This document shows, in pieces, positions 13,501 through 25,162 of a stretch of 64,000 nucleotides of DNA. A program made the position numbers and the translations under genes. Where the stretch lies: NCBI GenBank assembly GCA_043228905.1, contig JBHGNT010000005.1, positions 24,490,001-24,554,000 of the forward strand, read 5' to 3'. The DNA is from Azolla caroliniana. Taxonomy: Eukaryota; Plantae; Polypodiophyta. The notes beneath the pieces were generated by a model. The model was not told where the DNA came from and made no database searches. It saw only the letters and a list, made by a program, of their open reading frames with translations. Each line of letters opens with the position of its first letter. Positions within the stretch are counted from its first letter, which is position 1.

Positions 13501-15866
13501 TACTTATCAATGAGAATTGGTCCCAAATCTCACATAATGAGATAGGGACTTATAGCGGCCAGGGTTTCCTCCATTTTTCTCCACAGTTTTCTCTACTCTC
13601 TCCTCACACAACAACCCACTCCCTTGGTGTTTTGGAGCAGCTGACCATACCATCCCATCTTTCTTTCAAAAGCTCCTTTTGAGTGCTTTCTGGACATATC
13701 TTTACTGTATTTTTTACCCCAGTTTGGGAGGTATAGGCATTGACATTATCTTTATAATTTTTTATCACGGGCCGTGTGTGAACATGCCCAAATGGCCTAA
13801 AAGTTACTTATCAATAAGAATTGGTCCCAAATCTCTCATAATGAGATTGGGACTTTTAGTGGCTAGGGTTTCCTCTTTATTTTTTGCACAATTTTCTCTA
13901 CTTTCTCTCTCATATACATCAGCCCACTCCTTTTGTGTTTGGTGCAACTGACCATGCCATCACATCTCCTTCAAGCTAGTATACATCATCCACGAAGCCG
14001 ATACCAAAGTCACCGAATACCGTACAAAACACTTCATTCATTAATATAACAAATGGAGACCAAATTCATATTTCAAACCTCTTCACAAATGTGCATTTAC
14101 TGATACCCACTTTTCAAGTCAATTTTACTAAATATTCTAGCATTACCAATAACATCAAGTAATTCATCAGCATGGGGCATATGATCAAGATGTTTTAACT
14201 GTGATTTTATTAAAAGCATGGTAATCATTACTCGTACAGTAAGTATCATCCATCTTCTTAACTAGAATTATATGGGAAGCAAAAGGAGAATTACGAGCTC
14301 TAATGATCTCTTTCTTAAGGTACTCAAAAGTCTGTCTTGCCACTTCCCTCGCTTCTAACATGCTCATCCAATGCGGCCTTTTGTTGACCAAACTAACTCT
14401 TGGAGTAATGTCATGTTAGTTCCCATAGGGGATGGCTGAGAAATTGAGTCTCACATTCTGACTTTAGAGGAGTGACAGTGACACGAAAAGCCACCTCTAG
14501 TCTTCTAGATTAACTGTCGCCCGAGGCTCAAAGGGGATATTGTTAGAAATATTGAGAATCGATTAGATAGGTATATATGAAAACAAAACTTCTATTACAT
14601 ATGAGAGTAGCTCACAATGGTAGTTCACCCATGCGCTCACACCTTGGAGCTTAGATGGAATTTGGACCACCCCACAACAAAATTAGTGGGGACTGATGAT
14701 CAATACACCATTGTGTAAGAGAGTGGATTATATTCTCTGTTTGGTCTGAGTGTAACATTAAATGTGCATGGCAGTTGATAGTAGTGGAGATATTCCTTTT
14801 CTGTCAACTGACTTGTCATTTAATATGATCCAACTCTCTAGATACAGGCTAGTGCTAGATAGTACTTATCTTGAAGTGAATGGCACATACTTCAAGACTA
14901 AGTACATTGTAACTTGCCCACAAAATATTCTAGTTGACTTGGGAGCACTGAGGTTGTCTACAGTTATATTGGTTTTGGTTTTGTTAAAATTTAAGAGGAC
15001 ACGTTATGGAATGGGGAAGTCTATAACGAAAGATAAATTCTATGGTAAATGAAAGTAATGCAATTGTGCAAATCAAGACAATCATGGACAGGGTTATTTG
15101 CCCATGGTTTGGCTTGGGAGCACTGAGGCTGTCTACAGTAACAATGATTTTGGTTATTTTAATAGTTGAGAGGACATGGTAGGGAGTGGTGAGGTATATG
15201 ATGAAAGATAAGTTCTATGGTAACGAAAAGTTATAATGCAATTACAGAATGTACCATAAAATCAGGAACATACGCAAAGATAAAACTAGTGATTTATATA
15301 CAAAAGATGCAGCTCTATAAATCTCAGTTGGTAATTTGAAATGATCAATTACTGGCTTTCTGTGGTTTCTTACAGCTCCCATTGTATGCGGTGTTTGCAC
15401 TGGGATGCTATGGATTGGCTATGGTTGGCTATGGCTTGATGGTATTTCCAACATGTCCACATGAAGCTGATTTATTAAAGAAGGTAAAAGTGCTATCATA
15501 AGTAAATTCTTATTATTAACTCCAGGCTTTCGTACTGATGGTTTGAAACTCATTTTTTGTGGAAAGGTTCTGAATTTATTTAAATGATTTATTCATAGAT
15601 ATTTCAATCTTTTATGGTTTTGATTTCAAAACGTGTAAGGAATGTAAATGTAGAGATGTCTATACTTTCCGCTTAAATTACAGATTATTTTTTAATAATG
15701 CACTGTGCAAACAAATCACTTACATTTATTTTTTCATAACATTACCTTCCGCTTACTGTTTTGGTGTGTTTCTTAGATTGTGCTTTATTTGTGGTCTTCA
15801 TTGTTATTGAAGGATGTAACAGAGGCAAAGAAATTTTTGGAAGCTAATGGAATTGATGTTTCATAA
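10533..15866 (+). CDS. DPM3: Dolichol-phosphate mannosyltransferase subunit 3, 89 aa, 3 coding exons
   Basis: Exons 10533-10640 (MKHIWRLGTIALVALSVWIALL...), 15376-15483 (LPLYAVFALGCYGLAMVGYGLMVFPTCPHEADLLKK) and 15813-15866 (DVTEAKKFLEANGIDVS*). All introns GT-AG, phase 0. The FPTCP.EA motif is typical of plant DPMS3. A probable 5'UTR exon ends at 10048 (GTAAGT). Confidence 0.93.
11285..11410 (-). mobile_element. 3' end of an RTE-like LINE with (TTTC)n tail
   Basis: Nearly identical to 57122-57246, which continues into a LINE C-terminal zinc-finger ORF. A diverged third copy lies at about 18811-18920. Confidence 0.65.
11850..13975 (+). mobile_element. Degenerate Ty1/Copia RT-RNaseH fragment plus 3' LTR remnant in DPM3 intron 1
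   Basis: Fragments SVDDMLLTG, FSMKDLG, HLSQEKYIEKVL, HWEAIKSILRYLKGT, STSGY, ALSTTEAEY, FHARTKHIDVRY. PPT-like AAGTGGGAGAT before TGTTGG at 13328. Many stops and frameshifts. Confidence 0.85.
13980..14400 (-). mobile_element. Ty3/Gypsy reverse transcriptase fragment
   Basis: ORF 14185-14391 IIRARNSPFASHIILVKKMDDTYCTSNDYHAFNKITVK resembles the Gypsy RT motif IRPSxSPFASPVLLVKKKDG..CVDYRALNKITVK. Confidence 0.75.
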
Positions 15867-16640
15867 TATCACCAACCAACTATATACGAAGATATAATAT
15901 TTTATTCTAAGGGCAACAAATCATTTGTTATAGATGTTCATGATGTATGGTGATTCTCTTAAGAAAATCTTGACACAAACTGTCATTGATTTAAACCCTC
16001 TTTACAAAGATGGAATTTAATTACAAAATTCAGCCATTGAATTTATCTATGAATGTCAACTCGTTTTTGCCTTGTGTCATGATTAATGATAATGGATTGG
16101 ATTGGTTTGTAACTAAATTGGAAAGATAAATATCAAATAAGTTGTACAATCTTTTGGCACGCTTTATTTTATATTTGTGATGATGTTATATTGTTGGAAT
16201 AAGCTCACAATCAAGCTACTTAACACGGTGCTTCAAACTATCAATTGCAATTCCCCATTACGCACTAACTATTCTCTTTTGCTTCAATCTCACTTTGGTT
16301 CTCTTATGCAACAAATTTTAGTGTGTTCACTATGATTGAATACAAGGGATTAGAGGCATGAGAGATAACTTAATAAAACATTAAGATTGGTCTTCACATG
16401 GATCATATGTATGGGATATGTAATGCCCAACGACAATGGGGTCTTCTTCTATTGTTCTTGTAAATTCCCTCTAGGTATAATACATTATTGATAGTTGCGC
16501 GTTAGACAAGGAGCTTTTGGATATCTAGAGTTGATTGCAATGTCAAATTTATCATTACACTAAGATGCAACAACTAAAATATGAGTTTATAGATAATCAA
16601 TGTTAATCTCATTTGGTTTTCCAATCATTGCAATTTGCCT

Positions 16641-17033
16641 ATACTCAATCTAATGTGGTACATGTAAAGGTATGAATTTATAGTGGATTTGATTATAATA
16701 ATTGCAATATTTGTTCAATACCTCAAGGAGTTGATTGGCCTAAAATTTCTTATGATAAATGAGGTGATTAGAGCATTCCATGAATTTTATGATATGGTTG
16801 GATGTATTGTGTAGATTCCCTAAAGGATGAGGTAAACACTCAATCTAATGTGGTACATGTGAAGGTATGAATTTATATTGGATTTAGTTACAATAATTGC
16901 AATATTTGTTCAATACCTCAAGGAGTTGATTGGCCTACAATTTCTTATGATAAATGAGGTGATTAGAGCACTCCATGAATTTTATGATGTGGTTAGATGT
17001 ATTGTTTAGATTCCCCAAAGGATGACGTAAACA
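16641..17033. repeat. Tandem duplication, about 194-bp unit x2
   Basis: ACTCAATCTAATGTGGTACATG starts at about 16643 and again at about 16837, with colinear near-identical sequence after each. Confidence 0.85.
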
Positions 17034-17057
17034 TAGTTTATAAGGCATACTCCTAGT

Positions 17058-17850
17058 TAGCAATGGGCCCGGTTTCGGCTCAAACCGAACCAAACCAAAA
17101 AACTGTGGCTTAACGGTTTATAGGTTCAATGATAACTAAACAATTTGGTTTGGTTTCAAATGTTACTAATCGGTTTTGGTTCGGTTCGGTTTTGAATTAA
17201 CCGGTTTAACGGTTTAACGGCTTATCGGTTACTTTTTATGTGGTTCGGTTTAAAGATTTAAAGGTTTATAGGTTTATAGGTTAAAAAATACACATAAATA
17301 TTTTCTATAAGCTATAACTTTCAACTTTTAATTTTAAACTCTTGTTTTAACTTATTAAATTTTATATGTATTATATGTAGAGTCTCTTTTTCATTTATGA
17401 TGATCAATTATGATAAGTATGATGATCAAATTTATGATTAGTATGATGACCAAAATTATGATTAGTATGATGACAAATTTTATAATAAGTATGATGACAC
17501 AATTTATAATAAGTATGATGACAAAATTTATGATGAGTATGATGACAAATTTTATGATGATTGTCTCACACAAATTTATAATAAGTATAATGATTAATAT
17601 CAATAAAAAATGGTTTGGTTTGGTTTGGTTTTAATTTATGATAAACTAGTTTGGTTTGGTTTTAAATTTTTCGTAAACGGTTTGGTTTTTTCCTATGCTT
17701 TAAACGGTTTGGTTTAACGGTTCGTCTCTAAACGGTTCGGTTTAAATGGCTTCATAAATTTTAAAACAGTTTGGTTCGGTTTTTTTTATTAATAAATGGT
17801 TTGGTTTGGTTTGGTTTCAAGGCCAAGAAACCGAACCGGGCCCATCGCTA
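17058..17850. mobile_element. hAT-type MITE (793 bp)
   Basis: TIR TAGC(A/G)ATGGGCCCGGTT at both ends. Perfect 8-bp TSD CTCCTAGT (17050-17057 and 17851-17858). Subterminal AACCG/CGGTT repeats; internal ~24-bp tandem array at 17391-17600. Confidence 0.9.
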
Positions 17851-19221
17851 CTCCTAGTGATAAGAGCCCTAATTGGGATAACATGTGATTGTTTTGCATA
17901 TCGCATGGTAATGTAATGGGTTGATTCCCTATGCTTTTGAAGCTCGAGGAACATGTGACCAAATTGTCATGGGTCAACCTTCTCCATCATTTGTCAAATG
18001 GTGGTGGACAGTTTGTTGAAGGCGATGTACCTCTTTGTAATGTGGTTGAAAGATGGGCACCTAACCATAAAATGTTCCTTGCTTGGATCCTTCCTTCACA
18101 TGATTTGTGAAGGCTTTCAACTTTAGGTCTATAAAGTGCTCATCTTGCCTTGATCTTCACTTTTTGTGGGAGGAAATTGTTACAAAATATAATGTCATGT
18201 TCTTAGATTTATCAACCCTACGAGGCTTAATATTTCCAACATAGAAAACTAGTCATAGGCCAAATGTATAAAATGACATGGCTAAATATTATAATTTGTT
18301 GGGAACCAACCTTCAGTATGTGGCAATGCCTAATTTTCAATGGGTTCCTTGAGTATACTTTTATCTCATTTAAAGTAAGTTAATTTATCATTATCAAGTT
18401 GGTTCATGATAGTTGGAGGGTTTATTGATCTTCTTGAGCTCAATACAGAGGCGATCCAATTCATCCTCCTATTGGTGGATCATCTACATGTTTCCTTCTT
18501 TCACTTTGGACTAGATAGCTAAGCTAGTAGAGAAGAACCATTGGAAGCATCTAAGCAGGAAATTCTTCTCTACTCAAGTTCTTTTGCATGCTTGACACTC
18601 ATCATATGGGTGGCATTGGTGAATTGGTTAACAAAACACTTTGTGAGGTTGAGGGATTCTATCATGGATGAACATGACAGATTTGGTCTTGGATGAATGT
18701 TGCAAAAGTGTGGAATAACCTACAAGATAATGCCTTAATCACCAATGAGGTGTTGAGGGTTAGGAGGGGTGATCAATGGTGGATGCAAGAGATGGGCCAA
18801 TCTTGGAGAGAAAGAAAGAAAGATATATTAACATCTTCTAAGGCAAAAGATTGGCCCATGAGATGATCGGTGTACAACAAAATAGGGTATTTACCCAATC
18901 ATCAAAATAAAATAAAATAAAAATAGAACTTAAGCTAAAAGAGTTCTAATAAGTTGTCAGAGAGAGAGGGTTTGGAGGGCAAGATCAATGTTGGGGGGAA
19001 CTTGGTTTAGAGGGCAAAAGGTAGTGACATGACACATGATGGGATGCACAATCCCTGATTGTCAATTATGTACAATGTAGCTCCCTCTTTCCCTTATGGT
19101 AATCATTAATGGGTTTTGAACCCCCGATCATGTTGGGAGACAGGTCCCTCCGGATGGGAAGGGAGAAGAACAGTACCGACGAACAAACTCAGCTGAGGTT
19201 GTTAGGCCGAGGCCGAAACGG

Positions 19222-19490
19222 TATGAGGAGTACTCGGCTACGGAGAGCCGGATGATACAGACCCGGTGTGAACCGGATGAGGAGTACCAGGCTACGGAGA
19301 GCCGGATGGTGCAGGCCCGATGTGAACCGGATGAGGAGTACCCGGCTACGGAGAGCCGGATGGTGCAGGCCCGGTATGAACCGGATGAGGAGTACCCGGC
19401 TACGGAGAGCCGGATGGTGCAGGCCCGGTATGAACCGGATGAGGAGTACCCGGCTACGGAGAGCCCGATGGTGCAGGCCGGTATGAACCG
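19222..19490 (+). repeat. 54-bp tandem array in LTR U3 (5 copies in the 5' LTR, 4 in the 3' LTR at about 24041-24255)
   Basis: Unit GATGAGGAGTACCCGGCTACGGAGAGCCGGATGGTGCAGGCCCGGTATGAACCG. Confidence 0.92.
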
Positions 19491-19892
19491 GAGGAAGAGA
19501 CATATTCGTAAATATGTTTCTGAGAGCCCATTGTGGCTATATTTGTAAATAGCCGAAAAGTCATATTAGTATAAATATGACTTAGGGCAAACTTTTAGTT
19601 GTCGTTGTTACTTTTCTTGTTGGTGCAAGAAGAAGAGAGAGCACGTAATAGTGTACAGAGAGAGAGAGAGAGAGAGAAAGAGGTCGTAGCCTCTGTTGTA
19701 ACCGTCGCCTGTGGCGAAGAGCGAGAGTCCGAGGTCGTTGCCTCCGAGAACTCACTATTTTGTACATTCATACATAGTGACAGTTTGCAGCCTGTGGGCT
19801 GCCGTGGTTTTTCCCCCTAGTTTGGGGTTTTCCACGTAAACCTCCTGTGTAGTGTGTGTGTATCTTCCTCTCCTTTGTATCGTGTTTTATTT

Positions 19893-22800
19893 GGCGGCAT
19901 GTTCAAGCTCACCGGCTCCAACTATTCAATGTGGAAGTCGAAGATGAGGGACATGCTCGTTGTTAAAGACCTCTGGCTGCCGGTTCAGTTCGGGGACAAG
20001 AGACCGGACAAAATCGACGCCGCGATATGGGAGGTGATGCACATGAAGACAACGGCGTACATACGGTGCTTCATCGACATGAGCCTGTACAACAACTTCA
20101 ATGAAGAGAGCAAGGCTCATGAGCTCTGGGAGAAGATCGGCATAATGTTCCAAAACAAAAATGTTGTTAACCAGGTTTCGGTATTCCGGAAGCTAGTAAG
20201 GCTCCGGTACCAAGATGGCTCCAGCATGGCGGAGCACATGAATGCCTTCCAGGGGCTGATACACCAGGCAACATCTTTGGAGGTACCTCTCGCCGATGAG
20301 GTACTAGCACTACTCCTGCTCGGTTCCCTCCCGGACAGCTGGGAGACGTTGGTTGTCACTTTGGGCAACGCCGAGCCGGAAGGAAAACGGTTATCCCTAG
20401 CAAGAGTAAAGTCGAGCTTGCTAGATGAGGAGGCACGTCGGAAAGACAAAGATACGAGCTCCGACTCCAAAGCGCTCCTTACCGAATCGGAACGCAGAAG
20501 ACAGAGAAACCGTAGTCCCCAGAACCGGGAGAAGTCGGGGACACGGTCAAAGTCAAGGGGGAGGCCTACTTGCTTCTATTGCGGCAAGCCGGGACACTTC
20601 CAAAAGAACTGTCGGCATTTCCGTAAAGACAAGGAAACCGACGGTACCGATTCGAAGCAAACCCCGGACCGGAACGGCAAAGACCGGAACGGTAAAGACC
20701 GGAGGGGGCCGGACCGGAAGGGAACGACGGCAATCGCGGCAAGTGAAGAAGAGTTGATGCTCATCACTGAGGAGAGTGAAATAAACCTTGCCGGCGACGA
20801 GATGACCTAGGTGGTAGACTCCGGAGCGTCGTTCCACCTTACCCCGGAGCGGAAATGCTTCTCATCCTACTCAACCGGTGACCACGGCTGTGTCCGGATG
20901 GGGAATGAAGGTACATGCCGAATTATCGGCATAGGAGATGTGTGGCTGTCAACACCAACCGGATGCAAGTTGCTGCTGAAGGATGTTCGACACGTTCCGG
21001 AGGTTCGTCTGAACCTGATATCAGCCGGTCAGCTAGATGATGAAGGCTACACGGGTAGCATCCGGAACGGGGTCATGAAGTTCAGCAAAGGGAGCCTGAT
21101 TGTGGCTCGGGCCCGGAAGGTCAACACGTTGTACCTGATCAATGCCCCGTTGTGTCCGGAAGAAGTGAACGTGGCATCCGACACTACCGGTGAGCTGTGG
21201 CACAAGAGGTTGTGTCATATGAGCGAGAAGGGGATGAAGAGGCTTGCAGATGACAACCTCATTCCAGTGAAGAACGTGCACTTAGAGAAGTGCACTGATT
21301 GTCTGGCCAGTAAGCAGAACCGGACCTCCTTCCGACCAAGGCCACCGATGAGACGTAATGCACCACTGGAGTTGGTGTATACGAATGTGTGTCAAGTAGA
21401 CACGAAGTCACATGCCGGAGCGCAGTACTTCGTGACTTTCATAGATGACCACAGCCGGAAGCTGTGGGCCACACCACTGAAGATGAAGGATCAGGTGCTA
21501 TCTGTCTTCAAAGAGCTCCACGCGAGAGTGGAAAGAGAAACCGGTCGGAAGCTGAAGGCGGTTCGAGCATACAACGGAGGAGAATACCGGGGGCAGTTCG
21601 AGGAGTACTGCTGCTCGAAGGGGATCCGGCTCGAATTTACCGTGTCGAAAACGCCGGAACTAAACGGACTGGCCGAGAGGATGAACCGGACCATAATGGA
21701 GAGGGTCCGGAGTATGCTAGCGCATGCAAAACTACCCAAGAAGTTTTGGGCTGAGGCACTGTCGACGGCGACATATGTGATAAACAGATCACCCTCGGTA
21801 CCCTTGGACGGAGACACGCCACAGAGAGTATGGACCGGTAAGGAAGTGTCCTACCGGCATCTGAGGGTGTTCGGGTGTCTCGCGTACATGCATGTTGCAA
21901 AGGACCGGAGAGGAAAGTTAGATCCAAAGACCCGGCCATGCATATTCCTCGGTTACGGTGACGATGAGTTCGGCTACCGAGTGTGGGACCCGGTCGACAA
22001 GAAGGTATTCCGGAGTCGAGATATTATCTTCATGGAGGACAAGACGCTCGCCGACTGGGAGTCAGAGAAGAAGATAATGAACTCCGAGTCGACCGGTAAG
22101 GATAGACTCTACGATGAGCAGACCCAACCGGCAAGAGACCGGTTAGCACTCGAGGAACCAGCCGGTTACGGTGAGGATACCGAACCGGCAGAAGAAGAAG
22201 TAGAGGAAGCTGAGACCGGAACCGGCCAAGACCCCGAATCGGATTCGGATGAAGAGCAAATGGAGGAGCCGGTTACCGAAGCCCGAAGACGTAGATATCC
22301 TCTCAGAGAGAGAAGGGCGCCCTGGAGATTTCTAGACGCAAAGCATGTTCTGCTAACCGATGAGGGGGAGCCGGAAAGCTTCGAAGAAGCAAAGGAAGAC
22401 ACCCACAGCAGAAAATGGTTAAGTGCCATGCAGGATGAGATGGATTCCCTGCATGAGAACCATACGTATGAATTGGTGGAGTTGCCGAAAGGAAAGCGGG
22501 CACTCCGAAACAAGTGGGTGTACAAGATGAAACCGGGAGATGCCGGCAACCCCCTAAGATACAAAGCCAGGATCGTGGTCAAGGGGTTCCAGCAGAAGAA
22601 GGGCGTGGACTTCGATGAGATATTTGCCCCGGTAGTAAAGATGACCTCCATCCGGACGGTGTTGAGTATAGCAGCAAGCATGGACCTCGAGGTAGAGCAG
22701 TTGGACGTGAAGACGACATTCCTCCACGACGACCTCGAAGAGGAGATCTACATGCAGCAACCGGAAGGATTTGTGGAGAAAGGGAAGGAGCACCTGGTAT

Positions 22801-23939
22801 GCCGGTTGAAGAAGAGCCTGTACGGACTGAAGCGGGCTCCCCGGCAATGGTACTGGAAGTTCGACTCCTTCATGACCGATCAAGGGTACCACAAGACGCA
22901 GGCCGATCACTGCGTGTTTGTGAAGAAGTTCGAAGGAGGGGACTTCCTGATACTCCTCCTGTACGTGGATGACATGTTGATCGTCGGACGAGACCAAGTA
23001 AAAATACGGATGCTGAAGAAGGCTCTCAATCGGACCTTCTCAATGAAAGACTTGGGTCCGGCAAGACAAATGTTGGGGATGCACATCATCCGTAACCGGA
23101 AAGCGAAGCAATTATGGCTGTCACAGGAGAAGTACGTGACAAAGGTGCTTCACCGGTTCAACATGTCAGATGTGAAACCGGTTGGATCGACACTTCCGGC
23201 AAACTACAGGCTATCTGGCAAGCAAAGCCCGAAGACGAAAGCAGAGAAGGCGGATATGATGAAGATTCCATATGCCTCTGCCGTCGGGAGCTTGATGTAC
23301 GCTATGGTGTGTACCCGACCGAATATAGGATACGCAGTCGGAGTGGTGAGCCGGTTCATGAGTAATCCCGGCAAGGAGCACTGGAACGCGGTCAAGTGGA
23401 TACTCCGGTATTTGAAGGGCACTACAAATATGTGTCTCCGATTCGGCTCCGAAAAACCTCAACTGGACGGTTTCACCGATTCGGACATGTCGGCTGATGT
23501 GGATACCAGCCGGTCTACATCCGGGTATGTAATGACATATGCAGGGGGAGCTGTTTCATGGCAGTCGAGGCTGCAGAAGATGGTTGCATTGTCAACCACA
23601 GAGGCGGAGTACATGGCAGCTGTGGAAGCCGGCAAGGAAATCTTATGGATGAAGGACTTCATCGGTGAGCTCGGTATACGGCAAGAGGAATACCGACTCT
23701 ATTGCGACAGTCGAAGTGCCATCCACCTTGCTAAGAATGCAGCCTACCATTCCCGGACGAAGCATATCCAGCGGAGGTATCACTGGATCCAGGAAAGAGT
23801 AGATGACCAAGAGTTCGCACTGACCACGATCCACACGGCCGAGAACGGGTCAGATATGCTGACCAAAGTGCTGACACCCGACAAGCTCGATGCATGCCGG
23901 AAGAGAATCGGACTGGTAAGACACCCCATGCCGGAGTGA
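19893..23939 (+). pseudogene. Copia gag-pol polyprotein, disrupted
   Basis: Gag CFYCGKPGHFQKNC, protease VDSGAS, integrase LWHKRLCH and NGLAERMNRT, RT LLYVDDML, RNase H TDSD/STTEAEY. In-frame TAG at 20808-20810 where Trp is expected. Integrase acidic motifs are altered (YTNVC, AYNGGEY). Confidence 0.93.
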
Positions 23940-25162
23940 AGGGGGAGTTTGTTGGGAGACAGGTCCCTCCGGATGGGAAGGGAGAAGAACAGTACCGACG
24001 AACAAACTCGGCCGAGGTTGTTAGGCCGAGGCCGAAACGGTATGAGGAGTACCCGGCTACGGAGAGCCGGATGGTGCAGGCCCGGTGTGAACCGGATGAG
24101 GAGTACCCGGCTACGGAGAGCCGGATGGTGCAGGCCCGGTGTGAACCGGATGAGGAGTACCCAGCTACGGAGAGCCGGATGGTGCAGGCCCGGTATGAAC
24201 CGGATGAGGAGTACCCGGCTACGGAGAACCGGATGGTGCAGGCCGGTATGAACCGGAGGAAGAGACATATTCGTAAATATGTTTCTGAGAGCCCATTGTG
24301 GCTATATTTGTAAATAGCCGAAAAGTCATATTAGTATAAATATGACTTAGGGCAAACTTTTAGTTGTCGTTGCTACTTTTCTTATTGGTGCAAGAAGAAG
24401 AGAGAGCACGTAATAGTGTACAGAGAGAGAGAGAGAGAGAAAGAGGTCGTAGCCTCTGTTGTAACCGCCGCCTGTGGCGAAGAGCGAGAGTCCGAGGTCG
24501 TTGCCTCCGAGAACTCACTGTTTTGTACATTCATACATAGTGACAGTTTGCAGCCTGTGGGCTGCTGTGGTTTTCCCCCCTAGTTTGGGGTTTTCCACAT
24601 AAACCTCCTGTGTAGTGTGTGTGTGTGTGTGTGTGTATCTTCCTCTCCTTTGTATCGTGTTTTATTTCCCGTTTTCTGTGTATCTTTCTACACTCGGTTG
24701 TGGCCGAGCGTCGTGCATAAGGAACGTTGGGTTCCCGTCAGATCATTCCATTGGCTCATTGTCACTTATCTTGCAACACTGGGTCCTTGCATTGGCAATG
24801 ACTAGCTCTTATCATTTGAACTATCCCTTGTGGCGATCGTAATCTGATGATCCGTTGGTTGATCACGATCTCAAGCTTTTAGAGCTACTCGACGTTTTGT
24901 GTGTTTTTCTGTGTTTCACACACGCCACATAATGATAAGGCTTAAGGTTATCTACACCTTTTGGTTGTGAGCTATTTTACGTGTAAAATCTTAGCAAGGC
25001 TTTACAATGTAGGAAGGAAGTGAGAGTCGTTGTCCTTGAGTGAAAGGTAGAAGGGTATTTTGGTAATTACCAAATTGTTCAGCTCTTCTTCTTCTTCTTC
25101 TTCTTCTTCTTTCATCTTCTTCTTCTTCTTCTTCTCCCCTGTTTCCAGTAAATGATCCGATT

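Larger units (their letters stand above)
19131..24740 (+). mobile_element. Near full-length Ty1/Copia LTR retrotransposon (Tnt1/Tork-like), defective
   Basis: TSD GATCA (19126-19130 and 24741-24745). 5' LTR 19131-~19892 (3'-deleted), 3' LTR 23950-24740 (TG...CA), PPT GAAGGGGGAGTT before 23950. Domain order gag(CCHC)-PR-INT-RT(YVDD)-RH. Confidence 0.97.

Noticed and set aside
17391-17634. Ile/Met-rich ORFs on both strands
   Set aside because: Translation of the AT-rich minisatellite inside the MITE.
19222-19490. CRISPR-like regular repeats (also 34737-35166 and 46770-47336)
   Set aside because: Head-to-tail tandem units without unique spacers, in a eukaryotic context with no cas genes.
19189-19548. 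ORFs with 18-aa repeats (also 23780-24313)
   Set aside because: By-products of the 54-bp LTR tandem array being a multiple of 3; no independent evidence of coding function.
20808-20810. Programmed gag-pol stop-codon readthrough
   Set aside because: The TAG replaces the conserved Trp of the W(V/I)VDSGAS protease motif and the element has other lesions, so it is a nonsense mutation.
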